Assembly: GCA_963779775.1 (NCBI GenBank)
Contig: CAVZZQ010000004.1
Span: 26,708-90,707, forward strand
Origin: an uncultured Actinomycetota bacterium
Lineage (GTDB): Bacteria > Actinomycetota > Actinomycetes > Actinomycetales > Microbacteriaceae
Direction: 5' to 3'
DNA: 64,000 bases
In this document: piece by piece, positions 48,118 to 59,474 of the stretch
Position numbering within the stretch: the stretch's first letter is position 1
Layout of the letters: the number at the start of each line of letters is the position of its first letter
Position numbers and translations under genes: made by a program
Notes under the pieces: generated by a model
Seen by the model: the letters and a program-made list of their open reading frames with translations, nothing else
Database searches by the model: none
Told to the model about the DNA's origin: nothing

Positions 48118-48825
48118 TCAGCGCGCGAGAGTCCACGCCTTGCGCTTCACCAGGACGTGACCACGCCGGGTGGTCAGGCGAGTCCACGGGCCGGTCTCGA
48201 ACATCCGCACCTCGTCGTCACCGAGGAAGCCCAGGCCGAGCGCCGCGAATGCGGCGCCGGCAGGCACGTGCTCGAGCCCGGCGATGCCCCGGCTCCAGAC
48301 CTCGGAGCGCACGCGGCGCACGATCTGCTCGCCGACGGCACCCGGCACGGCGCTCGCCACCTCGTCGATGCCGGCGCGAGCGGCCTTGTCGAGCAACTCC
48401 GGCGACGTGCCGTCGATCGGCCGCCATCCGCCACGAGGCGGCGAGATGGCCGACCAGGTGACCGTATTCACGCCCATCGGCAGCGAGATGGTCACCGGCC
48501 CGCTGATCGTCGGATCGGCCTGCCGCGCCTCCTGCGCCATCTCGAGCCGGCCCAGCAGCGAACGGATCGGCACGACGACATCGAACTCGTCATGGCCATC
48601 GCCGGGCTTCTCGCTACGTGCACTGAGCGCCACCGTGCGCAGGCCGAGCACGGTCGGGCTCTCATCGAGAAGACCTTGCGGATAGAACACCGCGGCGTAC
48701 ACCGCGAGCACCCCGCTGCCCGCGATCAACCGCACTGTGCCCTCCTCGATGCGTGCGGCGCGAGCGAGAAAGACCTGGAGATCGTCGAGGGTGGGGGTGT
48801 CCGCCAGAGTGAAGGAGCTGCCCAT
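48118..48825 (-). CDS. Hypothetical protein divergent from tesB
   Basis: DLQVFLARA, PPRGGW, AAFAALGLGFL, WTRL; normal codon bias. Confidence 0.8.
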   Translation of the reverse strand: MGSSFTLADTPTLDDLQVFLARAARIEEGTVRLIAGSGVLAVYAAVFYPQGLLDESPTVLGLRTVALSARSEKPGDGHDEFDVVVPIRSLLGRLEMAQEARQADPTISGPVTISLPMGVNTVTWSAISPPRGGWRPIDGTSPELLDKAARAGIDEVASAVPGAVGEQIVRRVRSEVWSRGIAGLEHVPAGAAFAALGLGFLGDDEVRMFETGPWTRLTTRRGHVLVKRKAWTLAR

Positions 48826-48846
48826 GTGCCTCCTAAACTACAACGC

Positions 48847-49719
48847 ATGACCGACCCTTTGGCGGGACTTCTCGCCGCGCTCGATCTGACCGACACCGGA
48901 GCCCGCACCAGCGAAGACATCTTCACCGGACCGAGCCAGTGGACGCCGGGCGGCCGCGTCTTCGGCGGCCAGGTGCTGGCGCAGTCGCTGGTCGCCGCGA
49001 TCCGCACCGTGCCCGAGGATCGGCCCGTGCACTCCATGCACGGGTACTTCCTGCGGCCGGGAGACGCCGAGCAGCCGATCACCTTCTCGGTCGACCGCAT
49101 CCACGACGGCCGGTCGTTCGCGACGCGCCGCACTCAGGCCTACCAGGGCGGTAAGCCGATCCTGTCGATGATCGCGTCGTTCCAGACCGAAGACGAGGGG
49201 CTCGACCACCAGCTGGCCATGCCTACCGGCCTGCCCGATCCCGAGTCGCTGCCGAGCACTGCCGAGGTCTTGAAGGGCATCAACCATCCGGTCGCCCAGT
49301 TCTGGGCCAACCGCCGCGCCTTCGACCTGCGGCACATCGATTCGCCCATCTACTTCGAGGTGGCCGGCGAGCCGGTCGCCCATCAGGCGGTGTGGATGAA
49401 GGCGGTCGGCACCCTGCCCGACGATCCGAATCTGCATCGCGCGGCCCTGGCGTACGCGAGCGACTACTCGATCCTCGAACCCGTGCTGCGCGGACACGGA
49501 GTGCCGTGGGGCGCTCCGGGGCTCAAGGTGGCCAGCCTCGACCACGCCATGTGGTGGCATCGCTTCGGGCGCGCCGATCAGTGGCTGCTGTACGTGCAGG
49601 ATTCGCCCAACGCGATCGGCGGCCGCGGCCTCTCCCTCGGCCGGATTTTCACCCACGACGGAACGCTGCTGGCCAGCGTCGCGCAGGAGGGCACGATCCG
49701 CGTGCCAACCCGGTCCTAG
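48847..49719 (+). CDS. tesB: Acyl-CoA thioesterase II
   Basis: RVFGGQVLAQ, HSMHGYFLRPG, DGRSF, SLDHAMW, SVAQEG. Confidence 0.95.
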   Translation: MTDPLAGLLAALDLTDTGARTSEDIFTGPSQWTPGGRVFGGQVLAQSLVAAIRTVPEDRPVHSMHGYFLRPGDAEQPITFSVDRIHDGRSFATRRTQAYQGGKPILSMIASFQTEDEGLDHQLAMPTGLPDPESLPSTAEVLKGINHPVAQFWANRRAFDLRHIDSPIYFEVAGEPVAHQAVWMKAVGTLPDDPNLHRAALAYASDYSILEPVLRGHGVPWGAPGLKVASLDHAMWWHRFGRADQWLLYVQDSPNAIGGRGLSLGRIFTHDGTLLASVAQEGTIRVPTRS

Positions 49720-50192
49720 CGCCGGGTGAAGACGAGCGGGTCTTCGAGGTAGGGAGCCCAAAGTTCGCGCAGCTGGGCCGGGATGCGCGTCGGGCGGCCG
49801 GAGGCGGCATCCACCGTCACGATCTCGGTGGCCGCGCGCGCGTAGAGCACTCGCGGTTCGACCCCGAGCGGCGAGTACAGCTCGAAGCAGATGTCGAGGC
49901 TCGCTCCCCCGAGGCGGCCGAGCCACACCTCGACGTCGATCGGCGCGCGACTGTACGGCATCGGAACGAGGTACTCCACCTCGCTGCGGGACACCAGCGA
50001 CCAGACGGACGAGTCAGCCGTGAGGTCGAGCACGGCCGTCGGCTGCGGCGTCGGATCGGCATCCCCCTCGGCACTGCGCCAGAACGCCCGCACGCGCGCC
50101 TCTTCGATCAGCCGGAGCGTCTCGACGTTGTTGATGTGCCCGTAGGCGTCGAGGTCACCCCAGCGGAGCGGGATGGGGATGTGGAGGCGCAT
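49716..50192 (-). CDS. Hot-dog fold acyl-CoA thioesterase (YbgC/4HBT family)
   Basis: LRWGDLDAYGHINN, EEAR. Confidence 0.9.
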   Translation of the reverse strand: MRLHIPIPLRWGDLDAYGHINNVETLRLIEEARVRAFWRSAEGDADPTPQPTAVLDLTADSSVWSLVSRSEVEYLVPMPYSRAPIDVEVWLGRLGGASLDICFELYSPLGVEPRVLYARAATEIVTVDAASGRPTRIPAQLRELWAPYLEDPLVFTRR

Positions 50193-50217
50193 GGTTTCAA
50201 CTCCTCCTGGTAGGTCC

Positions 50218-50273
50218 TCCGGGCCCGAGACGGGCCCGGGGATTGAGCGCGCGGGGGCCAGAAATGGCCCCCG
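50218..50273. terminator. Two hairpins downstream of ettA
   Basis: CCGGGCCCG-AGA-CGGGCCCGG and GCGGGGGCCA-GAAA-TGGCCCCCGC. Confidence 0.55.
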
Positions 50274-50282
50274 CATCAGCGC

Positions 50283-51965
<1,683 letters not shown>

Positions 51966-52097
51966 GGTCCCAGTCTACGGAGCGCGCCCGAGCGGGAGCG
52001 CCGCGCCCGGCGCGGAACGCGGAGCGATGGCCATACTAGGGAGCACCCCGCGAGTGCCACGATGGGCGCGACCGACGGCGAGGGTGCTGGAGACGTG

Positions 52098-54338
52098 ATG
52101 ATCCGAGAGCCGCGGAGCGAATTCGTCGGACGCCGCACGGAACTGGACCAGCTCGCGAGCATTCTGCACAGCACGCGACTGGTGACTCTGATCGGCGTCG
52201 GCGGCGTCGGGAAGACCCGGCTCGCCATCCGTGCCGCGAACCTCTCCGTCGACGGCGCGGCGCCCGCGTGGTTCGTGCCGCTGGACACCGTGGGCGAGGC
52301 CGAGCTGCTGCCGTTGGCGGTGGTCAGGGCGCTGCGCCTGACCGACCAGTCGGCGCGCGAACCTCTCGAGGTCATCACGGAAGCCCTTCGCGACCGGGAC
52401 GCCCTGATCGTCGTCGACAACTGCGAGCACCTGATCGACGCCGCCGCGCTTTTCGTCGACCAGCTTCTCGACGCCTTGCCGCGGCTGCGCGTTCTCGCCA
52501 CGAGCCGGCGCCCGCTCGAACTGGTCGGAGAGCACATCTTCGCGGTCCCCTCCCTCTCCATCGACCCCGACGAGGACCACGGGTCGGATGCCCTCACCCT
52601 CCTGGTCGCGCGGGCCACCGCGGCCGGTGCGCCCCAGGCGATCTCCCCCGAGGATCAACTCGCGGCCGTCGAGCTCTGCCGTTCCCTCGACGGATTGCCA
52701 CTGGCGATCGAACTCGCTGCCACGCAGCTGCGGACCCTGTCGGTCAACGACCTCATCGATCGGCTTTCGTCCCGATTCAGCCTGCTGCAGAACGGACCGC
52801 GCACCGCGGTCGGGCGCCAGCGAACACTCCGCGCGGTCGTCGAATGGAGCTACGAGCTGTGCGATCCCGCGCAGCGCGAGCTCTGGGCCGCATTGTCGGT
52901 GTTCTCCGGCAGCTTCGATCTCGACGCTGCGATCGCCGTGGTCGACCTGCCCGAGAGCAGCGTGGTCAACACCCTCGACCAGCTGGTCTCGCAGTCCGTG
53001 GTCGGCGCCGACCACGACACCGGCCGTTTCCGGATGCTGGAGACGATCCGTGGATATGGTCGCGAGCGCGCGGAAGAGGGCGGGCAGTGGCCGGTGCTGG
53101 TGCGACGCCACCTCGACCACGTGCGCCGCACCGCCGCGGGCATCCGGGTCAGCTGGTGGGGGCCGGGTCAGGCCGAGAAGCTCGCCCGGTTGCGCAATGA
53201 GCGGGCGGAACTGCAGTCCGCGCTTGCAGCGGCGAGCGCGATGGATGTCGACGCGGCGCTCGAGCTCTTTTCGGACCTGCGCTATCACTGGGCGGTCGGC
53301 GGCTTCTTGAGCGAGGGTCGGGGTTGGGCCACGCGGCTGGTCCCGCTGCCCGGCGGCGATCCGGCCCGACGCCTGCCTGCGCTGGTGACCGCGGCGTGGC
53401 TGTGTCTGCTTCAGGGGGACCCCACCGAAGCAGCGGAGCTGCTCGCCGCCGCCGAGTCACTGCTCGAGTCGACAGACACCGCGCACGCCTCGGCCGACAC
53501 CCGACTCACCGCCCTGATCGAGTTGCCGCGCTGGCGCGGCACGCACGCGATGTTCTCCGGCGATCCCGAGACGGCTGAACGGTATTTCGAACGGTCCATC
53601 GAGGCCGCATCCGACGCGGGCCTGCCCGCCGAGTCCATGCTCGCGCAGTTCCAGCTGACGACCGCGCTCTGCCACCTGCGCCGGGCGGATGCGGCGCGGC
53701 CGGCGACCGACGCCTTGCACCACGCGGAGGCGATCGACGAGACCTGGATGCGCTCGCACGCCTTGTGGTCGCTCGCCCTCGCCGCCTTCGTCGAGGGCGA
53801 CCTGGCTCGCGGCGAGTCGATGGCCCGCGAGGCGCTGACGGTCGAGAGGGGCTTCGACGACCCCGTGGGTCTGTGCCTCATGTTGGAAGTGCTGTGCTGG
53901 ATCGACGCGCGTCGCGGGGTCAACGAGCGCGCGGCGCTCCTGCTCGGCGCGGCAGCGACCCAGTGGCGACGAATCGGCTCCGGCATCACCGCCCACGGTC
54001 CTCAGCTGACGGCACACCACGACGAATGCGCGGCGAGCGTCCGGACGCGTCTGGGTGCACGGCGGTTCGCACAGCTTCTCGACGAGGGATCCCGGCTCGC
54101 ACCTTCCGACGTGGCCGCCCTCGCGTTCGCTCCTTCCCGCGGGGGCACGGGAGCACTCAGCGCCCGCGAGTGGGAGGTCGCATCCGGTATCCATCGCGGG
54201 CTGAGCAACCGCGAGATCGCGGACGAACTCGTCCTCTCGATGCGCACGGTCGACTCCCACGTGCAACGCATCTTCGCCAAGCTCGACGTCGCCTCCCGCG
54301 CCCAGGTGGCCGCTTGGTACGAGTCGGCGAGCGAGTGA
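52098..54338 (+). CDS. ATPase (NB-ARC-like) + helical repeats + LuxR HTH transcriptional regulator
   Basis: GVGGVGKTRLA, VDNCEH, LDGLPLAIELAA, LSAREWEVA...LSNREIA. Confidence 0.92.
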   Translation: MIREPRSEFVGRRTELDQLASILHSTRLVTLIGVGGVGKTRLAIRAANLSVDGAAPAWFVPLDTVGEAELLPLAVVRALRLTDQSAREPLEVITEALRDRDALIVVDNCEHLIDAAALFVDQLLDALPRLRVLATSRRPLELVGEHIFAVPSLSIDPDEDHGSDALTLLVARATAAGAPQAISPEDQLAAVELCRSLDGLPLAIELAATQLRTLSVNDLIDRLSSRFSLLQNGPRTAVGRQRTLRAVVEWSYELCDPAQRELWAALSVFSGSFDLDAAIAVVDLPESSVVNTLDQLVSQSVVGADHDTGRFRMLETIRGYGRERAEEGGQWPVLVRRHLDHVRRTAAGIRVSWWGPGQAEKLARLRNERAELQSALAAASAMDVDAALELFSDLRYHWAVGGFLSEGRGWATRLVPLPGGDPARRLPALVTAAWLCLLQGDPTEAAELLAAAESLLESTDTAHASADTRLTALIELPRWRGTHAMFSGDPETAERYFERSIEAASDAGLPAESMLAQFQLTTALCHLRRADAARPATDALHHAEAIDETWMRSHALWSLALAAFVEGDLARGESMAREALTVERGFDDPVGLCLMLEVLCWIDARRGVNERAALLLGAAATQWRRIGSGITAHGPQLTAHHDECAASVRTRLGARRFAQLLDEGSRLAPSDVAALAFAPSRGGTGALSAREWEVASGIHRGLSNREIADELVLSMRTVDSHVQRIFAKLDVASRAQVAAWYESASE

Positions 54339-54443
54339 TCCACCTCCGGATTAGGTAGTTACACGGATGGTGCCGCGCAGGTGGCTCGGCTGATGCTGGT
54401 CGTGCGGCGACGACGCGCGCATCCCCGATATCGGAGGTCGACG

Positions 54444-55160
54444 ATGACCAGCGACACCAAACCTCGCATTCTGCTCGTTCATGGCGCCTGGGTGGGGCCA
54501 TGGGAGTTCGACCCTCTGGTGGCCGTCCTCCGCGAGCGCGGGTGGCAGGTGGATGCGCTCGCGCTTCCGTCGGTCGGCTCGACGAGCGGAATCGCCGAGG
54601 ATGCGGCGGTCATCACGGCCGCGCTCGACGCCTCGGCCGAGCCGGTCGTGCTCGTCGGGCACTCCTACGGCGGAATCCCCGTCACCGAGGCCGGCGGTCA
54701 CGACAAGGTCGAACGGATCGTCTATGTGACCGCGTTCGCCCTGGATCAGGGCGAGAGCGCATCGGGCTCGATGGGCGGAGCACTTCCCGAGTGGTGGGGA
54801 ATCGCCGACGGGCAGGTCACCATGGGCCGCAGTCGGGACGAACGCGTCGCGATGATCGCGGCGGACCTCCCGCCCGAAGCCGTGGGCGCGGCGGAACAGC
54901 TCGCGGACCTGTTCCGGCCGCAGTCGCTCAGCTCGCTCACCGAGCCGGTGACACGGGTGGCGTGGCGCGAGAAGCCCACGACCTACATCGTCACCGAGCG
55001 CGACGGCGTGCTCCCGCCGGCCTTCCAGGAGTCGCTCGCGGGCCGCAGCACCGGCGACATCATCCGCATCCCTCACGGGCACGCGCCGTTCCAAGAGGAC
55101 CCGGCGGGCTTCGCCGAGCTGCTGGCGCGCATCGCCCTCACCGCAGCCGTCACGAACTGA
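54444..55160 (+). CDS. Alpha/beta hydrolase (esterase-like)
   Basis: LVHGAW, GHSYGG nucleophile elbow, D and GHAPF catalytic residues; GGAGG RBS. Confidence 0.9.
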   Translation: MTSDTKPRILLVHGAWVGPWEFDPLVAVLRERGWQVDALALPSVGSTSGIAEDAAVITAALDASAEPVVLVGHSYGGIPVTEAGGHDKVERIVYVTAFALDQGESASGSMGGALPEWWGIADGQVTMGRSRDERVAMIAADLPPEAVGAAEQLADLFRPQSLSSLTEPVTRVAWREKPTTYIVTERDGVLPPAFQESLAGRSTGDIIRIPHGHAPFQEDPAGFAELLARIALTAAVTN

Positions 55161-55175
55161 AAGCGACATACGACC

Positions 55176-56669
55176 ATGACGATGACAGACACCGCCCCGC
55201 ACAGCAGCACGACTTTCACCCCCGGCATGCTCTTCATCGGCGGGTCGTGGAGGCCATCGTCTGACGGGGCCCGCACCGCGGTCGTGAACCCCGCCACCGG
55301 CGAGACGCTGACAGACGTCGCGGCGGCAACGACATCCGACGTGGATGACGCGGTCGCGGCAGCCCGGGCAGCCTTCGATTCCGGCGAATGGTCGGGCTTG
55401 TCGAGCCGCGAGCGCGCCCGCATCCTGCAGCGCGCCTACGAGCTGATGCGCGAGCGCACCGAGGAGCTGGCGCAGGCCGAGAGCGCGAACGTGGGCAAGC
55501 CGATCACCTTCGCGCGGATCGTCGACGTGAACAACGCCGCCGAGCTGTACGAGTACTACGCGAGCCTCGGCCATCACCTCGACGGATCGGTGCGCGAGAC
55601 CACCGGCAACACCCACGCATACGTCAAGCGCGAACCGCTCGGAGTGGTGGCGGCCATCACGCCGTTCAACTTCCCCCTCATCCTCTCCAGCACCAAGATC
55701 GCTCCGGCACTCCTCGCCGGCAACACGGTCGTGCACAAGCCCGCGAGCGACACTCCACTCTCGGCGCTGATCATGGCCGACATCCTCACTGAGGCCGGCG
55801 TGCCCGCGGGCGTCTTCAATGTGGTCACCGGATCGGGCTCGAAGCTGGGCGACCATCTGGTGGGCCACCCGGGCGTCGACAAGGTGGCGTTCACCGGATC
55901 GACCGAGATCGGCGCTCATGCTGCGGCCCTGGCCGCCAAGGCCCTCAAGCCATTCACCGCCGAACTCGGCGGCAACGCCGCGAACATCGTGTTCGCCGAC
56001 GCGGACCTGGATCAGGCGATCAACACGGTGATCTCGGCGTTCGTGTTCAACTCCGGGCAGTTCTGCATGGCCGGACCGCGCCTGCTGGTCGAGCGCCCGA
56101 TCTACGAGACCGTCCTCGGCATCCTGGGTGCCGCCGTGCCGCAGGTGCCGTTCGGCGACCCGCGGGACCCCGGAACCGTGATCGGGCCGCTCGCCTCAGC
56201 GACGCAACTGACGAAGGTCGCCGGCATGGTCGAGCGCGCCGCGGCGGCCGGGGCGACGGTCGTGACCGGCGGCTCCCCTGTCGACCTCGACGGCGGTTTC
56301 TATTACCAGCCCACGGTTCTCGCCGGACTGCCGGCCGATGCCGAGGCCGTTGCCGAGGAGGTGTTCGGCCCGGTTCTCACCGTGCAACCCTTCGACACCG
56401 AGGACGAGGCGATCGCGCTGGCCAACGGCACGGCGTACGGTCTCGCCTCGGGCATCCAGACCCGCGATCTGGCGAAAGCCCACCGTGTCGCCGCGAAACT
56501 GCAGGCCGGGATCACCTGGGTGAACGGCTGGGCGCTGCTCGACCCGGCCGTGCCCTTCGGCGGAGTCAAGGCCTCGGGCTGGGGACGCGAGGGCGGAACC
56601 GAGGCGATGGAGTCGTACCAGCGCGCGCACTCCATCGTGTTCAACCTCGAATCGGGAGCCGGCCAGTGA
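55176..56669 (+). CDS. Aldehyde dehydrogenase (aromatic aldehyde type)
   Basis: ITPFNFP, FTGS, ELGG, GQFC, EEVFGP, PFGGVKASG. Confidence 0.94.
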   Translation: MTMTDTAPHSSTTFTPGMLFIGGSWRPSSDGARTAVVNPATGETLTDVAAATTSDVDDAVAAARAAFDSGEWSGLSSRERARILQRAYELMRERTEELAQAESANVGKPITFARIVDVNNAAELYEYYASLGHHLDGSVRETTGNTHAYVKREPLGVVAAITPFNFPLILSSTKIAPALLAGNTVVHKPASDTPLSALIMADILTEAGVPAGVFNVVTGSGSKLGDHLVGHPGVDKVAFTGSTEIGAHAAALAAKALKPFTAELGGNAANIVFADADLDQAINTVISAFVFNSGQFCMAGPRLLVERPIYETVLGILGAAVPQVPFGDPRDPGTVIGPLASATQLTKVAGMVERAAAAGATVVTGGSPVDLDGGFYYQPTVLAGLPADAEAVAEEVFGPVLTVQPFDTEDEAIALANGTAYGLASGIQTRDLAKAHRVAAKLQAGITWVNGWALLDPAVPFGGVKASGWGREGGTEAMESYQRAHSIVFNLESGAGQ

Positions 56670-57766
56670 TCGCGGGCCGCGCTGCGGTGCTCGATGCGCC
56701 GGGTTCGCTCGTCGTCGCGGATGTCGAGTTCGGTTCGCCGGGCGCCGGTGAGGTCCTGGTGCAATTGGTCGCGTCCGGGCTCTGCCACACCGACCTGGGC
56801 GTGATCGCGGGAGGCATCCCCTTTGCGACCCCCGGGATCATCGGGCACGAGGGCGCGGGAATCGTCTCCGCCGTGGGCGACGGCGTGTCATCCGTCGCCG
56901 TCGGCGACAAGGTGCTGCTGAGCTTCACCTCGTGCGGCGACTGCAGTGCCTGCGACTCGGGGCATCCCGCCTATTGCGAGACCTGGCTGCCCCGCAACCT
57001 GCTCGGGATGCTTCGGGGCGAGGAATCGGGGAGCATCACGCGTGACGGCGAACCGGTGGCATCGCACTTCTTCGGACAGTCGTCGTTCGGCCAGTACGCG
57101 ATCGCGGACGAGCGGTCGGTCGTGCGGGTCGATCCCCATGCCGACCTCGCGGTGCTCGCCCCTCTGGGCTGCGGTGTACTCACGGGATTCGGGTCGATGT
57201 GGAACGTCCTCGAACCGAACGGCACGGACACCGTGGCGGTCTACGGCGTGGGCGCGGTTGGCCTCTCGGCGATCATCGCTGCCTCGCTGCAGTCGCCCGC
57301 ACAGCTCATCGCCATCGACATCGTCGACCGCCGGCTGGAGCTGGCACGTGAGCTCGGCGCCACCGCCACGATCAACCCGAAGACCGAGAACGTCGCCGAA
57401 CGTCTCGCCGAGATCACGGGCGGACGCGGCGTCTCGAAGAGTTTCGACACGACGGGCAATCCCGGAGTCGCTCGCGGCGCGCTCGACGCGGCGGCCGTGC
57501 GGGGCACCGTTCTGGTCTGCGGAGCCCCGCCTCCCGGCACGGAGATCCCGGTCGATATCCAGGGCATCCTCGCCGGCAAAGTGCTGCGCGGCGTGACGAT
57601 GGGCGACACGAACCCCCGTGAGCTCATCCCGCAGCTCGTCGACCTGCATGCTGTGGGCAGCTTGCCATTGGAGAAGCTCGAGAAGCACTACACGCTCGAC
57701 CAGATCGGGCAGGCCGCCGACGATATGCACAACGGCGTGACGGTCAAGCCCGTCATCATCTACTGA
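56666..57766 (+). CDS. Zn-dependent aryl-alcohol dehydrogenase
   Basis: GLCHTD, GHEGAG, structural Zn cysteines, HFFGQSSF, PLGCG, GVGAVG. Confidence 0.9.
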   Translation: MIAGRAAVLDAPGSLVVADVEFGSPGAGEVLVQLVASGLCHTDLGVIAGGIPFATPGIIGHEGAGIVSAVGDGVSSVAVGDKVLLSFTSCGDCSACDSGHPAYCETWLPRNLLGMLRGEESGSITRDGEPVASHFFGQSSFGQYAIADERSVVRVDPHADLAVLAPLGCGVLTGFGSMWNVLEPNGTDTVAVYGVGAVGLSAIIAASLQSPAQLIAIDIVDRRLELARELGATATINPKTENVAERLAEITGGRGVSKSFDTTGNPGVARGALDAAAVRGTVLVCGAPPPGTEIPVDIQGILAGKVLRGVTMGDTNPRELIPQLVDLHAVGSLPLEKLEKHYTLDQIGQAADDMHNGVTVKPVIIY

Positions 57767-57811
57767 CTCGACGACCCGGTCGGCGCCGGGCGCGCATCAC
57801 CCATCGCCCGA

Positions 57812-58282
57812 TCACCAATCGATCTTGCGGGTCGTGCCGACCAGGCAGCGACCGGTGGAGAGCAGCTTCTGCGCCGTGCTGGCGTACCCGGTGTTGCCGT
57901 ACTGCCCGATGAGGCAGGTGTTGCCGAGCCGGACCGAGAACGAGATGTTGTCGGCCGCGAGGTTCACCGTGGTGCGGTCGGGCGTGACCTCCATGTCGGA
58001 CTTCGGGAATCCGGCCTTCACGAGGTTGTCGATGAACGGCCGACCGCTGAGGTCGCCGCCCTCGTCGATGAACGCCGTGTTCACGTAGTCGAAATACGCG
58101 AGGTTCTGCTGGGCGGTGCCCTGCAGGTCGAGCGTCGGGGTGTCCGGCTGCGAGCTCGTGGGTGTGGGCGTGGAGGTCGGTGTCGAGACGGGCTTGGGCA
58201 CGCACCCGGCGAGCGCAGCGACGAGGATCGCCCCAAGAACGATCGGGAGTGCGGCGCGCTTCAGGGCTGGGACGCGACGCAT
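57812..58282 (-). CDS. Lipoprotein with Pro/Thr linker (DUF6993-like)
   Basis: LAG-C lipobox, CLIGQ, CLVG.TRKIDW end. Confidence 0.8.
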   Translation of the reverse strand: MRRVPALKRAALPIVLGAILVAALAGCVPKPVSTPTSTPTPTSSQPDTPTLDLQGTAQQNLAYFDYVNTAFIDEGGDLSGRPFIDNLVKAGFPKSDMEVTPDRTTVNLAADNISFSVRLGNTCLIGQYGNTGYASTAQKLLSTGRCLVGTTRKIDW

Positions 58283-58381
58283 GATCCTCCTCGACCGGCC
58301 ACGGGATGCGACGCGGGTCGCGACGATTCTAGAACGACAGCCTGGGCCAGAGGCTCAACGTCGGAGTGCGATACCGGCGGC

Positions 58382-58735
58382 TCAACTCCGCAGCGCAGCG
58401 GTCACGTAGGCGATCCCGTCGGCATCGGTGATGCCGAGCTTCCGGATCCGGTCGGCGAAGGTGCGCGCCGCCTCTTGCGCCTGCTGGTGAGCGGGATCGC
58501 CCTGTGGGGTGATGAACGAGCCGTTGCGGCCCCGGGTTTCGATGAAGCGATCCGCCTCGAGTTCGCGATAGGTGCGGGCGACCGTGTTCGGGGCGATGCC
58601 CAGGTCTTCGGCGAGCTTGCGGACGGTCGGCAACCGCGCGCCGCCCGCGAGCTCACCCGACGTGATCTGGTACATCAGCTGCATCCGCAACTGCTCGAAC
58701 GGCGGCGTCGCCGACGACGCGTCGATGGTGAACAT
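58382..58735 (-). CDS. GntR (YtrA subfamily) regulator
   Basis: PPFEQL, RLPTVRKLA, NTVARTYRELE, GRNGSF. Confidence 0.92.
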   Translation of the reverse strand: MFTIDASSATPPFEQLRMQLMYQITSGELAGGARLPTVRKLAEDLGIAPNTVARTYRELEADRFIETRGRNGSFITPQGDPAHQQAQEAARTFADRIRKLGITDADGIAYVTAALRS

Positions 58736-58783
58736 GCCACCGACTGTAGTCACCGATCGCCGGCCCGCTCAGAGGTGGACCGC

Positions 58784-59338
58784 TCAGAACGGGAGCGCCA
58801 CCTCCACCGGGCGCTTCGAGCGCGCGGCAGCGAGTTCGTCGGTCGGGTCGTCATCGTCGGCCCGCGTTTCGGTCGCGTCCCCCGATTCCGCCGACTCCCC
58901 CGTGGGCGCGGTCGCGTCCCCGTCGCCTTCGAGCACTGCGGCGCGGTCGCTCGGCAGATCGGCGTCGTTCGCCACGGTCGACGACACCGAGCGGGTGAAG
59001 ACCGAGGTGCCCCAGGAGAGGTCATGACCCAGGGCATCCGCGTCGACCTCGACGGTAGTGCCGGCGCGGTCGCCGCTCTCCCAGTCGCGCACGCGCAGCT
59101 TGCCCGAGACGACGACGCGCTGGCCCTTGTTGACCGATCCGACGACGTTGACGGCCAGCTGCCGGAAGGCGGTGATCGTGTACCAGTTGGTCTCGCCGTC
59201 GATCCACTTCTGGGCGCCGCGGTCGTAGCGGCGCTGCGTCGAAGCGAGGCGGAAGCTCGTGATGGGAAGTCCCTCGCTGGTCACGAGGTGACGCGGGGTG
59301 GTGGCGACGAGCCCGGTGAGGGTGATGGTGTCGGTCAT
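58784..59338 (-). CDS. ssb: Single-stranded DNA-binding protein (secondary copy)
   Basis: OB-fold ITLTG, FRLAST.R, KGQRVVVSGKL, acidic tail ending in PF; AAGGAG RBS. Confidence 0.9.
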   Translation of the reverse strand: MTDTITLTGLVATTPRHLVTSEGLPITSFRLASTQRRYDRGAQKWIDGETNWYTITAFRQLAVNVVGSVNKGQRVVVSGKLRVRDWESGDRAGTTVEVDADALGHDLSWGTSVFTRSVSSTVANDADLPSDRAAVLEGDGDATAPTGESAESGDATETRADDDDPTDELAAARSKRPVEVALPF

Positions 59339-59474
59339 GGAGTGCTCCTTACGAGAATGAGTCGAGGAACCCAGGGTGGAGGGCACGCCGCCCCTCGTCA
59401 GGCGCCTGGACCGGCCCCGTGGAGTTCAGCGCGATCGTTTCGGCTGGGGACGATGAGTCGCACCCCGGGGGCTG

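Noticed and set aside
58784-59338. ssb as a marker of a prophage or plasmid
   Set aside because: Sits in the usual chromosomal ssb-ettA-thioesterase-globin-pepN neighbourhood with no phage or plasmid genes nearby
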